Below, piece by piece: positions 14,000 to 26,852 of a stretch of DNA of 64,000 bases. Every line of letters begins with the position of its first letter. Position 1 is the stretch's first letter. Below the pieces are notes generated by a model. It was given only the letters and a program-made list of their open reading frames with translations, ran no database searches and had not been told where the DNA came from. The DNA comes from Octopus sinensis. Its lineage: Eukaryota. The position numbers and the translations under genes are program-made. The DNA lies in assembly GCF_006345805.1 (NCBI RefSeq), contig NC_042997.1:1674001-1738000 (forward strand). Direction: 5' to 3'.

Positions 14000-14222
14000 T
14001 ACATATATACATGTGACTGCGTGTGTATCGTTGGCGATTTTTTTCCTCCCTCTTCCTTTCCTTGGATCTTTCCTTTTCCTATGTTTCTGACGAAGAGCTC
14101 CGCTCGAAACATTTAATCCTCCTTCTTTTTCTTTCCTTTCCTGAGCGTCCAATAACACTATACTTGTTCCACGTCCTCGCGTTGTTGTTTTCTCTTTTTG
14201 TTTTCATGTTTGGATTAATTTA
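14000..14222 (+). mobile_element. Short pyrimidine-rich repeat between (TA)n tracts carrying a minimal hammerhead core
   Basis: CTGACGA-A-GAGC-TCC-GCTC-GAAAC at 14087-14110 (CUGANGA box, stem II, GAAA box). Stems I and III look damaged. Confidence 0.65.
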
Positions 14223-14980
14223 ATATATATATATATATATATGAAGTAATGAAGATACAAGACAAATTAAAGGAAATGAAAACCTATACGTTTGAATTTA
14301 CAACGTATTGTAGCAATGCCGCTCGTGAAAATATTGTTCACATTTTTCACCATAGTATAAATTCTATAACAAATACAAGAGAAAAGAAATACGAAACCAA
14401 GTCTAATATTACACAAAACTGCACTATTTACAATCTCTGGTAACTAACCTATCTTTACGCACATGAAAAGTGAGATGCCGAAGTAGAATCAGCTTTAATA
14501 TTTTACCTTTAGACTGCAACTGACAGCTTTACGTGTATACGAAGTAATATTATAAGCTCTCTATGGCATATATTTATTTCACCTCCAATCATTTCAATTT
14601 TACAATCTACCGTATAGCCACAAGGTTTGGCAATCAGAATTCATTTTCCATTCGACTTACGTAGGAGACTTGAATGCAAAACCATGCGTTACGATATAAC
14701 ATGGAAGATATATAGCAATAAATCCGCTGCCAACTTTCTGAAACCGAAAGTGTTGAAACCTTGTTTCCTAAACCAATACATCTTCACACATTCACTGATC
14801 GTGCATCTTGTTATATAGAAGAACCTCATCTGTAGCATAACTAGAAAAGTCACGCACAACAACTTCATATATAACCCGTAAAATTTCGATAAGAATGCTG
14901 GGACTTATATATTACTTTGGAATAAAAATCAAACTACTTAGATTCTTCATAATCTAACCGTCTATATATCAACATGTATT

Positions 14981-15055
<75 letters not shown>

Positions 15056-16734
15056 GTGTGTATGTATGTATGAATGCATACATATATGTATATATATATA
15101 TATATATGTATTTATGTGTGTAAATTCATGTGTACATACATGTATACATATATGCCCGTATATATGTATATATCACAATCACATCCTTTAAGTTTACACA
15201 TACAGTGTTACTCGAATATAATCATGATATAGCATACGAGATTATCGTAGAGTGTAGAACTAGTAAGCAAATGATATTTATCGAAATTTGAAAAGTTTCC
15301 TTATAATGAGTTTAGCTAATTACCTAAACATGCTTTTATTAAAACATATAACATACAATACATGCCAACATTTTAATGAAGATAAGATATTAAAATCTTA
15401 ATATATGTATAGTGTTTTAATTATTCGAATTTATCTGTGAATATTGTAAGATGAAGAATCATATGTGAAAAATGAAACATTTTGTGAAAACCAATGTACT
15501 GAATGTAATCAACAAATTAACAATCAAGTCCCAATCTAAAAGCTACGTCTGTTTTTGGTTGGGTGATTTGTATATAATCATGGAATATCTAGATTAACTT
15601 TGTTTTCATGAGCTTTAGAGTGGTTTATATAAACTAAAATCTATAAAATTTGAAAAGAAAGTTAGTCTGAATACCAAAACTACCAAACAATATATGATAA
15701 TATGCCGGTACGTAATACTTTCCGAAATGTTGTTGACAGGTCGCCAAAAACATTTCCGGTTTTTATGTTCGTGATAATAAAACTCCTGCTTTCAGAATTT
15801 ACGCTGCTGCGAGGAAACCAATGTACAAATAATTTTCTAAATTGATGGCTAGCTGCTTTTAAATTTAGTATCGTATCCGGATCCTGATGTTGCATACACA
15901 TAGAATAATTCAGTGAAGTATATTTACTCTCTTTCTTTACAAGAAGGAATGAAGAAATCAGTTTCTCCGAAAGAAACGACAGCTGCGACACTTATTAACG
16001 GTGTTGGTTGCAACAGATATTAGAAATGACTACAGTCAGAAACCAAAAATCACAGTAGGACTGCGATAGCAAAGGAAAAGGCTTATATTGTATAAATCTT
16101 CTCGATTATAATTTTATAGATACATTGTTGTAGCCCAGGAAAACGATTCAAAACTGAACAGTAAATACCGGCCACACTGAACGTCACAACGATAGAATAA
16201 TATTCATCTTCCTCACGTGAAAAAGGGGAAGTGGCGTGTGTGCGTGAGTGAGTATGTGTGAAAGATAAAGAAAGACAGAAAGAGAAAGAGAGTGAGGGAG
16301 AGAGAGAGAGAAAAGCATTATGTGAGAGAAGGGCAGAGAAAGTGAGTGGGGGAATGGAAAAGGAAGGGAGGAGCGTAACTGATTGCGAGTGAGAGTTGAG
16401 TTCTAGGAGATAAAGATAATTTCTCTGGTTATTAGACTACGTTGTATATTTTAAGACAATTTGTAGTAACACATGTAAATACGAAGCAAAGCTCAAGCTG
16501 AGCTTTTAAAATAAAGAAATTGGTTACTAAATATTTCATTAACCAATTCCTGGAGAAAAATCGGATAATGGGTCTAGGCTAGATTAAGATTTCGGTCTAT
16601 TTTATCTGAAATCTCTTGGGAATAAAAATTAACATCAACGTATAAGCAAGTCAGAAAGCTGTGTACTATATTAGTGTGTTTAGAGTAAACTCATTTCATT
16701 GCTGTGAGCAATAGTTTATGAAAATGTACTTACG

Positions 16735-17265
16735 TGAGGATTTTAATTGCAGGACAGTCAGAGGAGGGAATATTCGGTGCGACACCAGTTCAGAATCACC
16801 TCCCTCCGACAAGTCATCCTAACGAGACGTCTGCGTTGGCTGGGTCATGCCCTCCGTCGTCAACCAGAAGAATTCATCTACGAAGCAATTGCCCAGCTCC
16901 CCTTCAGGGTTGGCGAAAGCGATGTGGTGGACAACGTAAAATCTGGCTGATGACAGTCAAGACTGATCTGGAACCCAACCTAGGCTCCCATATCTACTGC
17001 GTTCGCCGCTAGAATAAGGAGTGGTTAGAGATCACGCGGTCGTTAGCCTCAAATCGCCAGTATTGGTCGGCGTTTGTGAGAGAGGCAGCATTGAGGATGA
17101 ATGAAGTCAGCTCAACCCACCCCGGGTGAATGCTGTAAGAAGAAGAAGATGATGAAGAAGAAGAAGAAGAAGAAGAAGAAGAAGAAGAAGAAGAAGAAGA
17201 AGAAGAAGAAGAAGAAGAAGAAGAAGAAGAAGAAGAAGAAGAAGAAGAAGAAGAAGAAGAAGAAG
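16735..17265 (+). mobile_element. 5'-truncated RTE-clade LINE 3' end with (GAA)n tail
   Basis: RRLRWLGHALRR, GWRKRCGGQRKIW and NRQYWSAFV are RTE-type C-terminal motifs; followed directly by (AAG)n at 17137-17265. Confidence 0.85.
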
Positions 17266-18063
17266 AGAAAGGTAAAGAAGTCAAAAATCTTTCGTAACGC
17301 TTTGAATAGCTGTTCATTCTCCCTTTTTGTAACTAGTACTAATTTCCTTTTTAGTCCCGACTGAGAGCCTAATAGAAGCTTTTGGAAGATCGCTTTTCGG
17401 AAAGTATTTCAGAATTCCCTACAAAGGCGAATTAATGTTAATGATATAGTAAACAACAATTCTACTGTAGATTCGATTTCATTGGTAATTATCTATATTC
17501 TCGCAACGAGGATATAGACGACATGAGTCTCGATTGCCATCTGAAATTTTACGTGTACTTCCTCGCTAGTAGTTAAAATATGAAAATTCAACTCGGGTGT
17601 AGGGTCAGTATTCAGTGATATCATTACGTTTAACACCATAGATTAAAATCCTAGTAACATACATGGCTTGCGGGTGTGTACCTCAATTGGATTTGTGCAG
17701 AAATGCGTTCAAAACAAAGGCGCACGCTTAATGTTTTAATGCCGCAACAAGGACAATCAAATAGTTACATAACATGATTATAAACGTTTTTAAGAGGAAT
17801 TATTCTATTGTAATCCTTTTGACTTATGTGTATTTATAAATAGAAGCTTTCTAAAACAATATTCGAATGTGTAGAGAAATTTTGTGATCTCGTACAATCC
17901 GCCATTTTTTCAGAAGAAAATGGATTTCTTCCTATAAATAAATGATACATGTGTGGATTTGGAGAATAAATGTAGGCGTATCATGAGGAATATACAAGAC
18001 AAACAAAAGGAGTATAAGCTGATTGTATTCCAAATAAATTTGTTTTGCTAATACATACATACA

Positions 18064-18098
<35 letters not shown>

Positions 18099-18101
<3 letters not shown>

Positions 18102-18240
18102 CATGGCTGCGTGGTAAGAAGCATCCCTCCCGACCACATGGTTTCCGGTTCCGAGAGTAAGTCCTGGGGTCGAATTGTTCGACAGAAACACTGCAAGGCT
18201 GCGCTCCAACATGGTCGCAGTGAAGGGACTGAAACAAATA
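18099..18240 (+). mobile_element. Internally deleted family A SINE
   Basis: Head GGCATGGCTGCGTGGTAAG joined to the tail AAGTCCTGGGGTCGA...CATGGTCGCAGT...GACTGAAACAA. Confidence 0.7.
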
Positions 18241-18243
18241 CAG

Positions 18244-18352
<109 letters not shown>

Positions 18353-18396
18353 TATATATATAAATGAAAGAATGGAGTTGAACAACGAATTAACTA

Positions 18397-18504
18397 AATT
18401 CCTTTATTTTATTTTCGACATATGTTTCGAAGGCTGCATATTCCTAATTTCGAAGGAATAAGGGGTGCATTATGCCGCCTTCTCATCAGGAAAAGTAAGG
18501 AACT
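18397..18504 (-). ncRNA. Type I hammerhead ribozyme (mirror copy in the left arm); predicted cleavage after C at 18417 on the minus strand
   Basis: Exact reverse complement of the plus-strand ribozyme across all core and stem positions. Confidence 0.88.
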
Positions 18505-18620
18505 TATGTCAGCATCAAGGTGCACAAAAACGTTTAGATGACTGCCCGCACGGAGCCCATATCTATGGGCTCCGTGCGGGCAGTCATCTAAAAGTTTTTG
18601 TGCACCTTGATGCTGACATA

Positions 18621-18728
18621 AGTTCCTTACTTTTCCTGATGAGAAGGCGGCATAATGCACCCCTTATTCCTTCGAAATTAGGAATATGCAGCCTTCGAAA
18701 CATATGTCGAAAATAAAATAAAGGAATT
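18621..18728 (+). ncRNA. Type I hammerhead ribozyme, complete core; predicted cleavage after GUC at 18708
   Basis: Stem I TTTTC (18631-35)/GAAAA (18709-13), extended by TTCCTT/AAGGAA beyond an internal loop; CTGATGA 18636-42; stem II GAAGGC (18643-48)/GCCTTC (18691-96) extended by GCATA/TATGC; GAAA 18697-700; palindromic stem III ACATATGT; GTC 18706-08. Confidence 0.88.
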
Positions 18729-18926
18729 TTGTTAATTCGTCGTTCAACTCCATTCTTTCATTTATTTGTATTTAAAAAAAACACACAAATTTCCACACGA
18801 TAGCACGTGATCTCTGCCCTAGGCATGTAGCTTCAACCGTGTTTTTCTGACATGAATTTGCTACCCAGGTATCGGTTAACCGAATTATCCATAATAAGAT
18901 AATTCATTCAACTACTCAATTATATA

Positions 18927-18976
<50 letters not shown>

Positions 18977-19859
18977 ATATAATTATATATGTAATTACAA
19001 GGCCGACTGAATCATAAACACTAATAATATTTCTTTATCATACACAAATGGCCTCATCATAATTTTTAATAAGCCCACATCTTATAAGCACATACTTACA
19101 TTCTATTTCCTTCTATACCCCTTCATACACAACTTTGAAATCTTCTTTTTACAAGTAACGATATTGATATATATACCAAACGTCAAGTGATCATGTTTAT
19201 GTTCAATCCCAATTATAACTTGACATAATAACAAACATCAATATATGTATCTTCTTACATACTTACATATATTATATGCATATATCTATTAAAGTGAGGC
19301 ACAAATATGATGCATTATCCATTCCATGCCAAATTCAGGAATATGCTGATTTAGAGCCAGATGTAAGACGAAAATCATTTCTGTTGTATGTGAATGTGAA
19401 TGTGATGCTGTTGAAATATATCATGTAACATTCTAATGCATTTTGTTCGCGCAATTGTGTAGTTTATTTTAGTATAACTGAAGGCTATTGTTTTATTACC
19501 AACTGCGTATTAAAAACAATTTGGAAAATACTCCATACATTGGGATTTTTGATTATACATCCATCATCTGATAACGTTTTTAACTTGTTCGTTAAAATAT
19601 TTTAATGATATCCATACAGTTCTACCATACTTTTTTCTCCAAAATGTACATATGTAGCATTTGAGTAACTAGAAAGAAAGAAAAGTATGTGTTTAGAAGT
19701 AAATAATCTGCCCCCAAAATGAAGTACTAATAACCCTGTGCAACAAATTTCAGGTTAAATAAAGGATAAGTTACGTAAGACTTGTTTCTGGGTCAAATAA
19801 GTGTTATGATTCTGATTCTGATTCTGATCTTTATTTCTGCAGATTAGCCACCATTTTTC

Positions 19860-20260
19860 TGTACCATGAACCAAATATTTTATAATATATTACGTAATAT
19901 TGCTTATTGAAGACAACATCGCAAATACTGAATGTTACAAAGAACAAAACAAAAATTTTGATCTGGACAACCACAGATCTTCTATCAGGGGCCCTGAGAG
20001 ACGCAACACAACAGCACACGGTGCAAACTTTAGTCGCCTAATGGACGATCATATGCCCTTTAACATCAGGTGCATTGGAACAAGACTGTAAATTGTATAT
20101 GGTATAGTGTCCTCATGAACAGACATGAGCCAGAAGACTACCTGAACACCAGTTTTACTTCAAAACTGGAAAACCTAGCTATCAAGAGAAGGAAGAAAAC
20201 TCACCCGGCCATAAGTTTTAAAGAGAAATAATCCTTGGATTACCACCGGCGTTCTTGTTT
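19860..20260 (+). mobile_element. Probable highly decayed PLE GIY-YIG C-terminal remnant
   Basis: DNHRSSIRGPERRNTTAH...LMDDHMPFNIR resembles the PLE endonuclease pattern NHxxSF....NxTxLS.....F.I.W, followed by DCKL and LNT. Confidence 0.45.
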
Positions 20261-21200
20261 TTTTTTTTTAATCATTCTTTGCTGAGAACGGTTATCCTTT
20301 AGATAAAATGTAGAAATGTCTAGTTCACGCTAGATATGAAACCAAAGGTTTTTCTTTTCTAAACTATTACGGTGCACATACAAATACATATACATATCCA
20401 TATATATATATTTTATTTTACCTAGTATCAGTTCACGAGCTCCGGCCGTGCTGGGGCAGCTCCATTTATATATATATATGAGATTGTTTTTCTGTAGCTT
20501 TGATCTTTTTTCCATATTGTACCACAGAAATCTAAACAAAAGCATATTCACAAGAAATGAAGGGGAGTAAAACTTAACTCTCCTGTTTAAGGATGATTTT
20601 TGTTCTTTATGGCAAGGGCATAGTATTCCTAAATGTTGAGGTAGTATATAAGCGGCTTGGAAGGATGGGAAGCTAATACATAAGAGAAGTGAAGGATAAT
20701 CGATAAAACTTTACTTCACTAAAAACGTTTTTTAGCATGGACTGTTTAAAATCTAAAATAAACAAGCAAGAAATTCCATACAAGAATTCATCTTGAATGA
20801 GACATCCATTAAGTATGAATAGGGAGTTAATGAATAGAGGAAAGATGAACTAAAGTATATTGAAAGGCAAACAATGAAACAACTCTCAGCGCAGAAACAA
20901 AATGCGCCCTTAATCAGGTGAATATATAGTCGTACAGTTTAATAATTAGTATTGACATTGTAGAAGCGATAATTTTTGTTTTTTAAACAGTTAATAAGTA
21001 AAGGACAATTTACTGGCAAATTACAGTTCAGAAATTTAAAAGAATCTGAAAAATATCGAAAAAAAAGGGAGTGAAACATTGAACGAAGACAGTTCAGGTT
21101 GTGTTATTTTTTAATATAAAATTGATAAAGAATATTAAATATAGCCGTCTTTGGTTAATGAAAGGTATATTAAACAAAAAACCGAGGGAATGATTTTCCT

Positions 21201-21618
21201 TATTTCTTTACTGCCCACAAGTGGCTACACACAATGGGGGCAAACAAGGTCAGACAAACGGATTAAGTCGATTATATCGACCCCAGTGCGCAACTGGTAC
21301 TTATTTAATCGACCCTGAATGTATGAAATGCAATGTCGCCCTCGGCTGAATTTGAACTCAGAACGTAGCGGCAGGCGAAATACCTATTTATTTACTACCC
21401 ACAAGGGGCTAAACACAGAGATTACAAACAAGGAAGGACAACCGAATTAAGTCGATTATATCGACTCCTGTGCGTAACTAGTACTTATTTAATCGACCTC
21501 GAAAGGATGAAAGGCAAAGTCGAACTCGGTGGAATTTGAACTCAGAACGTAGCGGCAGACGAAATAACGCTAAGCATTTCGCCCGGCGTACTAAAGTTTC
21601 TACCAGGACGCCACCTTA
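21201..21618 (-). mobile_element. Tandem (~1.8-mer) family B SINE inside one 16-bp TSD
   Basis: A full copy (~21385-21616) plus a 5'-truncated copy (21201-21384), flanked by AGGGAATGATTTTCCT (21185-21200) and AGGAAATGATTTTCCT (21619-21634). Confidence 0.88.
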
Positions 21619-22038
21619 AGGAAATGATTTTCCTGGTGCAGGAATTGGCTAAACTGGACTATTTGTCTCATAGATAAGCATAACTACGCAATCAAGTGTA
21701 AATACCAGTCGATACTATGGTGACTATATCTCAGATCCATATGCATGTATAAATTGTAGAGATGATAATGTTACTCTAATGATTCACTGAAAATTTTACA
21801 AGAGATTCGACTTTGTATGCACACAAAAGAGCGATGGTAATATTGTTGGGAAAGATATGAAATCTTCGAAAACGAGGAAACGCAGAACAGGAGCCAATAT
21901 ACCAATTATTTTTTTTTCTCTAATCGTTGTGCCATGCGTATTTCTGGGGGAAAATAATTGAAAATGAAAAGAAAACATAGTGCCTCGAAAAAGTTGAAAA
22001 CCAAAGCGTTGATCTGAGAATGGGAGCAAAGATAATCT

Positions 22039-22192
22039 CGATGGCAGGTTGCATTTAGAATATTAAGACGAAGAACAAATATTGACTCTAACACTGAATG
22101 TATATCTAAAAACATTTTCCTAAGTTTGAAATATTTTATACAGTACGATTATTCATTTCACGGCTATGTTTGCTACCATAGATGAATCTAAC
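22039..22192 (+). repeat. Direct duplicate of 29113-29281
   Basis: CGATGGCAGGTTGCATTTAG...GATGAATCTAAC occurs twice; they differ by one ~15-nt indel and a few substitutions. Confidence 0.95.
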
Positions 22193-25100
22193 TTTTGTTT
22201 CGAGAGAGAATGTTTTTGATGGATTCCACAAACGGTAATAATAAAGTAAATATAGGAAAACAGCCGGATATTTCATCAGAGCTCTCACGTGAAGTTAAAT
22301 CAAAAATAAACTCTTAATATATATATTTTCAATATTTTTAGACAGGTAGTTTACTAGGAATAATTCATTCATGGTTCAAAATACAGTCAATCAACTTATG
22401 TTGCTCTATCTCAAGCTGAAGAGATTGGAAATCGAACAGAACGGGTAACTTATCATTTTATCAAAACTGAATCAAATTACAGGATAAACGAAGTACTTTC
22501 TATTTCCAACAAATATTCACATATAAACACTATGAATGATAACAATTGTACAACAATACAATGTGATGGTTAGGAAAATATACAAATATTTCATTCACGT
22601 TAACAATAATACACAATGGCAAAATGCTTTACGGACAAAGTTAAGAATAGGGGCTTTAAAACTTGAATATTCTAATGCCTTTTGCGCCACTGTAAACGGT
22701 GGAAAGAATAATAGGTGAAGAATAATACTGCTGACAATAATACTACGTTAACGAGGAGCATAACAGTAAAAATATTAAGTGTAGATATTAACAGTTGCGA
22801 GCATTGTATTCTTTGAATGACAGAAAGTATCGTCTATGTGGCTTCTGCAATCTGCAACATTCCGCAGGGGCTTAACAAAAGGAAATTAACGATGGATGTA
22901 AAAAGAGCTTGCTAACATGCTTTTAAGTATTTTAAGTAGTTTAAAAGCATATTTCTAAAAGATGCTCTCTTAAAGATCAACATAGATTAAAGGATGATAT
23001 GACCAATATGTAAGGAAAGGTAGTACATTACAATGTTCTAGTTCTCAATTGTATTAACCTGTTAAACAATTATTGATATGCTTCTATATTTACCACAAAA
23101 TATAAGCAAGATTAAATAATGCATCGTTACGAAAGAAAGGCATTATCTCCATGAAGTATATTCTTGGAAGCGTAAATTGAAATATAGAATATGTATTCTA
23201 CATAGGCAAGTTTGTAAATAACATAAATGACTTTATATACCTCTCCTAGAAGTAATAAATTTATAGGGAGAAATCTTTTATCCCAAAAATCAAATGTTTA
23301 CAAAATATTCCCTTTAAAAACAAGGATTAAAAGGAGATAACTGCTACGTCAATATTATATAAGTAAAATCTGCAAAAATGCTGAACCAATATGTGAAAGC
23401 AATATACGGAGTGGATATAATAACCAACTATAAAAGCACTTGATGTACTTTGGAAATGCATCTTTGTAAAGCTTGCTCTATGCAAAATAAACAATAGCTC
23501 ACAACCGGATGAGACACCATAAAAACGATGTAACAAAACTATTTTACCAAAAGATGAAAACTTGATCTCAAACACAGTTTTGCCACTTTTGGAGACTGCA
23601 GATATCCAGGTATTGACAATATTCTAAATCTTTCATGCGCGTTGCTTGACACATTGAACGGTTATAAAACCGGTTATAAAAAAGTCATAAGTAATAACCA
23701 GTCGATAACCGATCTAACTCTTGCCGTCAATCCAGCATGTGTAACATCAGACTATGATGTTTTCACCAAAATGAAAATTCACAATCATGCAGTAAATTTC
23801 TATAATACACAACGTGCGTATATCTCACCGATGCGGAACATTTGACCAAGTCATTGTTAACGTGCCTGGAACATCTACAAAACGCTACTCTAGTTAGCTA
23901 CCTTCGCACATATATATCTGCTGGGATATTGCAAATACATAGTTTTCAACCTGGTCTGTTTATGTTTGCTAGCAAAAATGCTTATTTACTAAATGCTATG
24001 TGGAGAATAACAGAACCCTGCTCTGAATCTATGCTGACGTAATAATTGAAGTTTCATAGCGTGTGAATTCTCTCAGCATTTGAGAAGCCGGTTTTCATCA
24101 ATGATAATGAAATGAAGTAAACTGACCATTGGAGCAGATGACTTGGAACGCCAAATAGAATAATAGCAGAAGAGAGCTGGTCAATTTTGTATGCTAGGAA
24201 TAATTAAAGCTCGAAAAGAGTATGGCTATATGCGTACGAAAGCTGTTCGAATGCGAATGAATATTGAATTCTTTCACCGCATCGACATATATTTAATGTC
24301 ACCTAAGTAGTAGAAACGCTATCTTTCTTATCAAAAATGTTTTGTACCAGCTACGTAATACGTGTTTTTAGAATTAGCCTCGCGTGCGACAATTAGATTT
24401 CATTGATGCAATATAGTAAACTTAGTAATACACCGTGTATAAACATAGTTATACACCGTCGCTGTGAAATATTAAATCTCATAAGTGGAAATTATTAATT
24501 TTGTCGCTTGAACTTCTAACGCGCACAAAGGGTTGATACATGCTTTTGGTGTATTGATTGAAAGCAAGATAATCAATAATAGCCACGGCGAACACAATCC
24601 TTACAAAATATGGTCTTACACTTTGAATAGCTAATCTTAACACTAAGCATGAACATAATCATACATACACCAAATTTAGTAAATAACTATAAATCGAAGC
24701 CTTACATAGATGGACAACATGTAGTTATACTGCATGACAAAAATATAAAGACTAACATAGATTAACTGCTACATGCAACCTGTTTGGAATACTTCCTTAC
24801 AAAAGCAACACTTTGTCTTAGGATGACACGTACTAGCTTGCCAAATTCAAGTTGGAGACTCTGTAGCGCAGCAACGCCGTTGTATAAATGTACAGATACC
24901 AAACTCCAACTGCTTCCAGTAAAATATCGCTTCTGCTCTTATGAAACTTTACTTAATTTGACGAGAATATGCTGCTAATGTATTCAAAGTTAACTAGAAT
25001 ATTCAAGATTAAAAATATTAAATGTAAAGAAAATAGAAAAAGTCGATCCTGTTTAAGTATAGTGTTAATCTTGATTTTGAATGACTGTGTGGCTTTCATT

Positions 25101-25617
25101 CCCTAGCCTCTATCTCTTTTCTTTTCTCTCCACCCTTAAGAGAGTAAGAAAGAAAAGGAAAAAAAGGAGAAAAAAGTGGATGGTATATAATTCCCAGGGG
25201 TTTTAAACAAATAAAGACAAACTAATTTCATGATCTAAGAATGGCAAAATGACGATATATACATATACTTGGACACGTAGAAAGAAAAAAAAAATTGGAG
25301 TATGTATATGAAATATTATTACATATACTCTCTCACTCATACGAAAATAATAAATAATAACGATAATGATAATTTAAAAACATATAATACCCAGAACAGT
25401 CCTCTCTCTTTAAAAGGAATATTCACCCTCTCTCCTACTCCTCAAGAAATTCTCCCTTTCCCTGTCTTAATCTGGACGTAATTGTAGGCGGCAACAGGAA
25501 TACCCCAGGCTAAATACCCATGTGCATATTACGTTTTAACGGACTTCTTTAAAATCGAGTAAGTTAAGAGAAAACTTTGTAAGAACGTCTTATCAATATC
25601 TATACACATACATAGTA

Positions 25618-25830
25618 AGGCAGCGAGCTGGCAGAAACGTTAGCGCGCCGGGCGAAATGATTAGTTGTATTTCGTTTGTGTTTATAATCTGAGTTCAAAT
25701 TCAGCCGTGGTTGACTTGGCCTTTCATGCTTTCCGGATCGTTGAATTAATACCAGCTACGTACTGGGAACAATCTACTCGATTGTCCCCTCGCCCAAAAT
25801 TTCAGTTCTTGTGCCTTGAGTAGAAAAGAG
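25618..25830 (+). mobile_element. Family B-related SINE, diverged
   Basis: GGCAGCGAGCTGGCAGAAACGTTAGC head, GAGTTCAAATTC B box, GCCTTTCAT core. Confidence 0.8.
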
Positions 25831-25956
25831 TATTAATATGCATAGTAATCCTGTTTTCTGAATGGTCTCTTTTAAGATACTAATAGCACATTTTAAGAAA
25901 GTCTTCAGCTGTAATATGTCCAGCAGATTGCATGTATAAGGCGATGCCACAAAGTA

Positions 25957-26852
25957 TCAGGTCATCCCATAAGTTCTGTCCGATTTTACCTTTTTTAAAA
26001 TTGAATGAAATTTAATTGTATTTTAGAAAGTCTAATGCAATTGAAAAATATTTGTATGCATTTGTGTACATTTAACTCATCAAATATTATTTTACAGAAT
26101 AATAAATTAACATTTTTTTATTAAAACCCTTTGTAACATGCAAGTATCCAATGAGCATTTAAGGCACATAATGCTTTATGGGTACAAAAAAGGAAACCCT
26201 GCAGCCGAAGCAACTCGAAACACTCAGTTTATGGGAAAGAATGCTTGAATGAAATTCCAGAAGAATGTTTGCAAAATTGGTAAAAGGGAACAAGCTCAAC
26301 CACAACCCAGAAGGGAACTTCAGGGGAAAAGGTTCTTCTCTCTACGTGGCGAGATTGTAAAGGAGTAATTCACTTTGAACTGTAACAACCTGACGCAACA
26401 ATCAATTCTCAAGTCTACTCTCAGCAACTAGAGCGTTTGAACCAAGCTTTGAAGAAAAAAAACAGCTTTAGTGAATCGAAAAGGAGTGATGTTTTATCAC
26501 GACAATGCGCGAACCCACACATCGACGAGCTTGGTTGAGAAAAAATTCGTTATCCATCTTATTCTCACGACCTTGCTCATTCAGACTACCATCTTTATCG
26601 TAGTTTACAGAACGATGTGGGGGACATAATGTTAGCAAGTCAGGAGGAGGTCGAAAATGACATTTCAGTGTTCTTCGCTTTGAAACCAAGAGTTTTACAT
26701 TGATGGGATTAAAAGCTTGTAAATAGATGGAAGGAAGTCAAGTCATAGATAATCAACGAAAGTACATTGATGATTAAATTTCAATTAAATATAACACATG
26801 ATCAGTTGTTTTCGTTATTCAAAATTCAGACAGAAGTTATGCGATGACCAGA
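25957..26852 (+). mobile_element. Internally deleted mariner element with TIRs and TA TSD
   Basis: TA|TCAGGTCATCCCATAAGTTCTGTC ... GACAGAAGTTATGCGATGACCAGA|TA; transposase remnants MQVSNEHLRHIMLY, YHDNARTH and a YS.DLAHSDYH-like motif. Confidence 0.9.

Larger units (their letters stand above)
18360..18765. repeat. Large palindrome: 202-bp arms, 2-nt loop (18562-18563), 3 mismatches
   Basis: Base-by-base comparison: 18360-18561 is the reverse complement of 18564-18765 with three substitutions and no indel. The mirrored ORFs 18409-18660(-) and 18465-18716(+) reflect this. Confidence 0.97.

Noticed and set aside
18409-18716. Two nearly identical 83-aa ORFs on opposite strands
   Set aside because: A by-product of the palindrome; no recognisable domain, and the RNA structure explains the sequence better.
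20278-20325. CTGAGA...TTATC/GATAA...GAAATGTC hammerhead-like string after the PLE remnant
   Set aside because: Core box is one base short and stems I and III are unconvincing; not counted.
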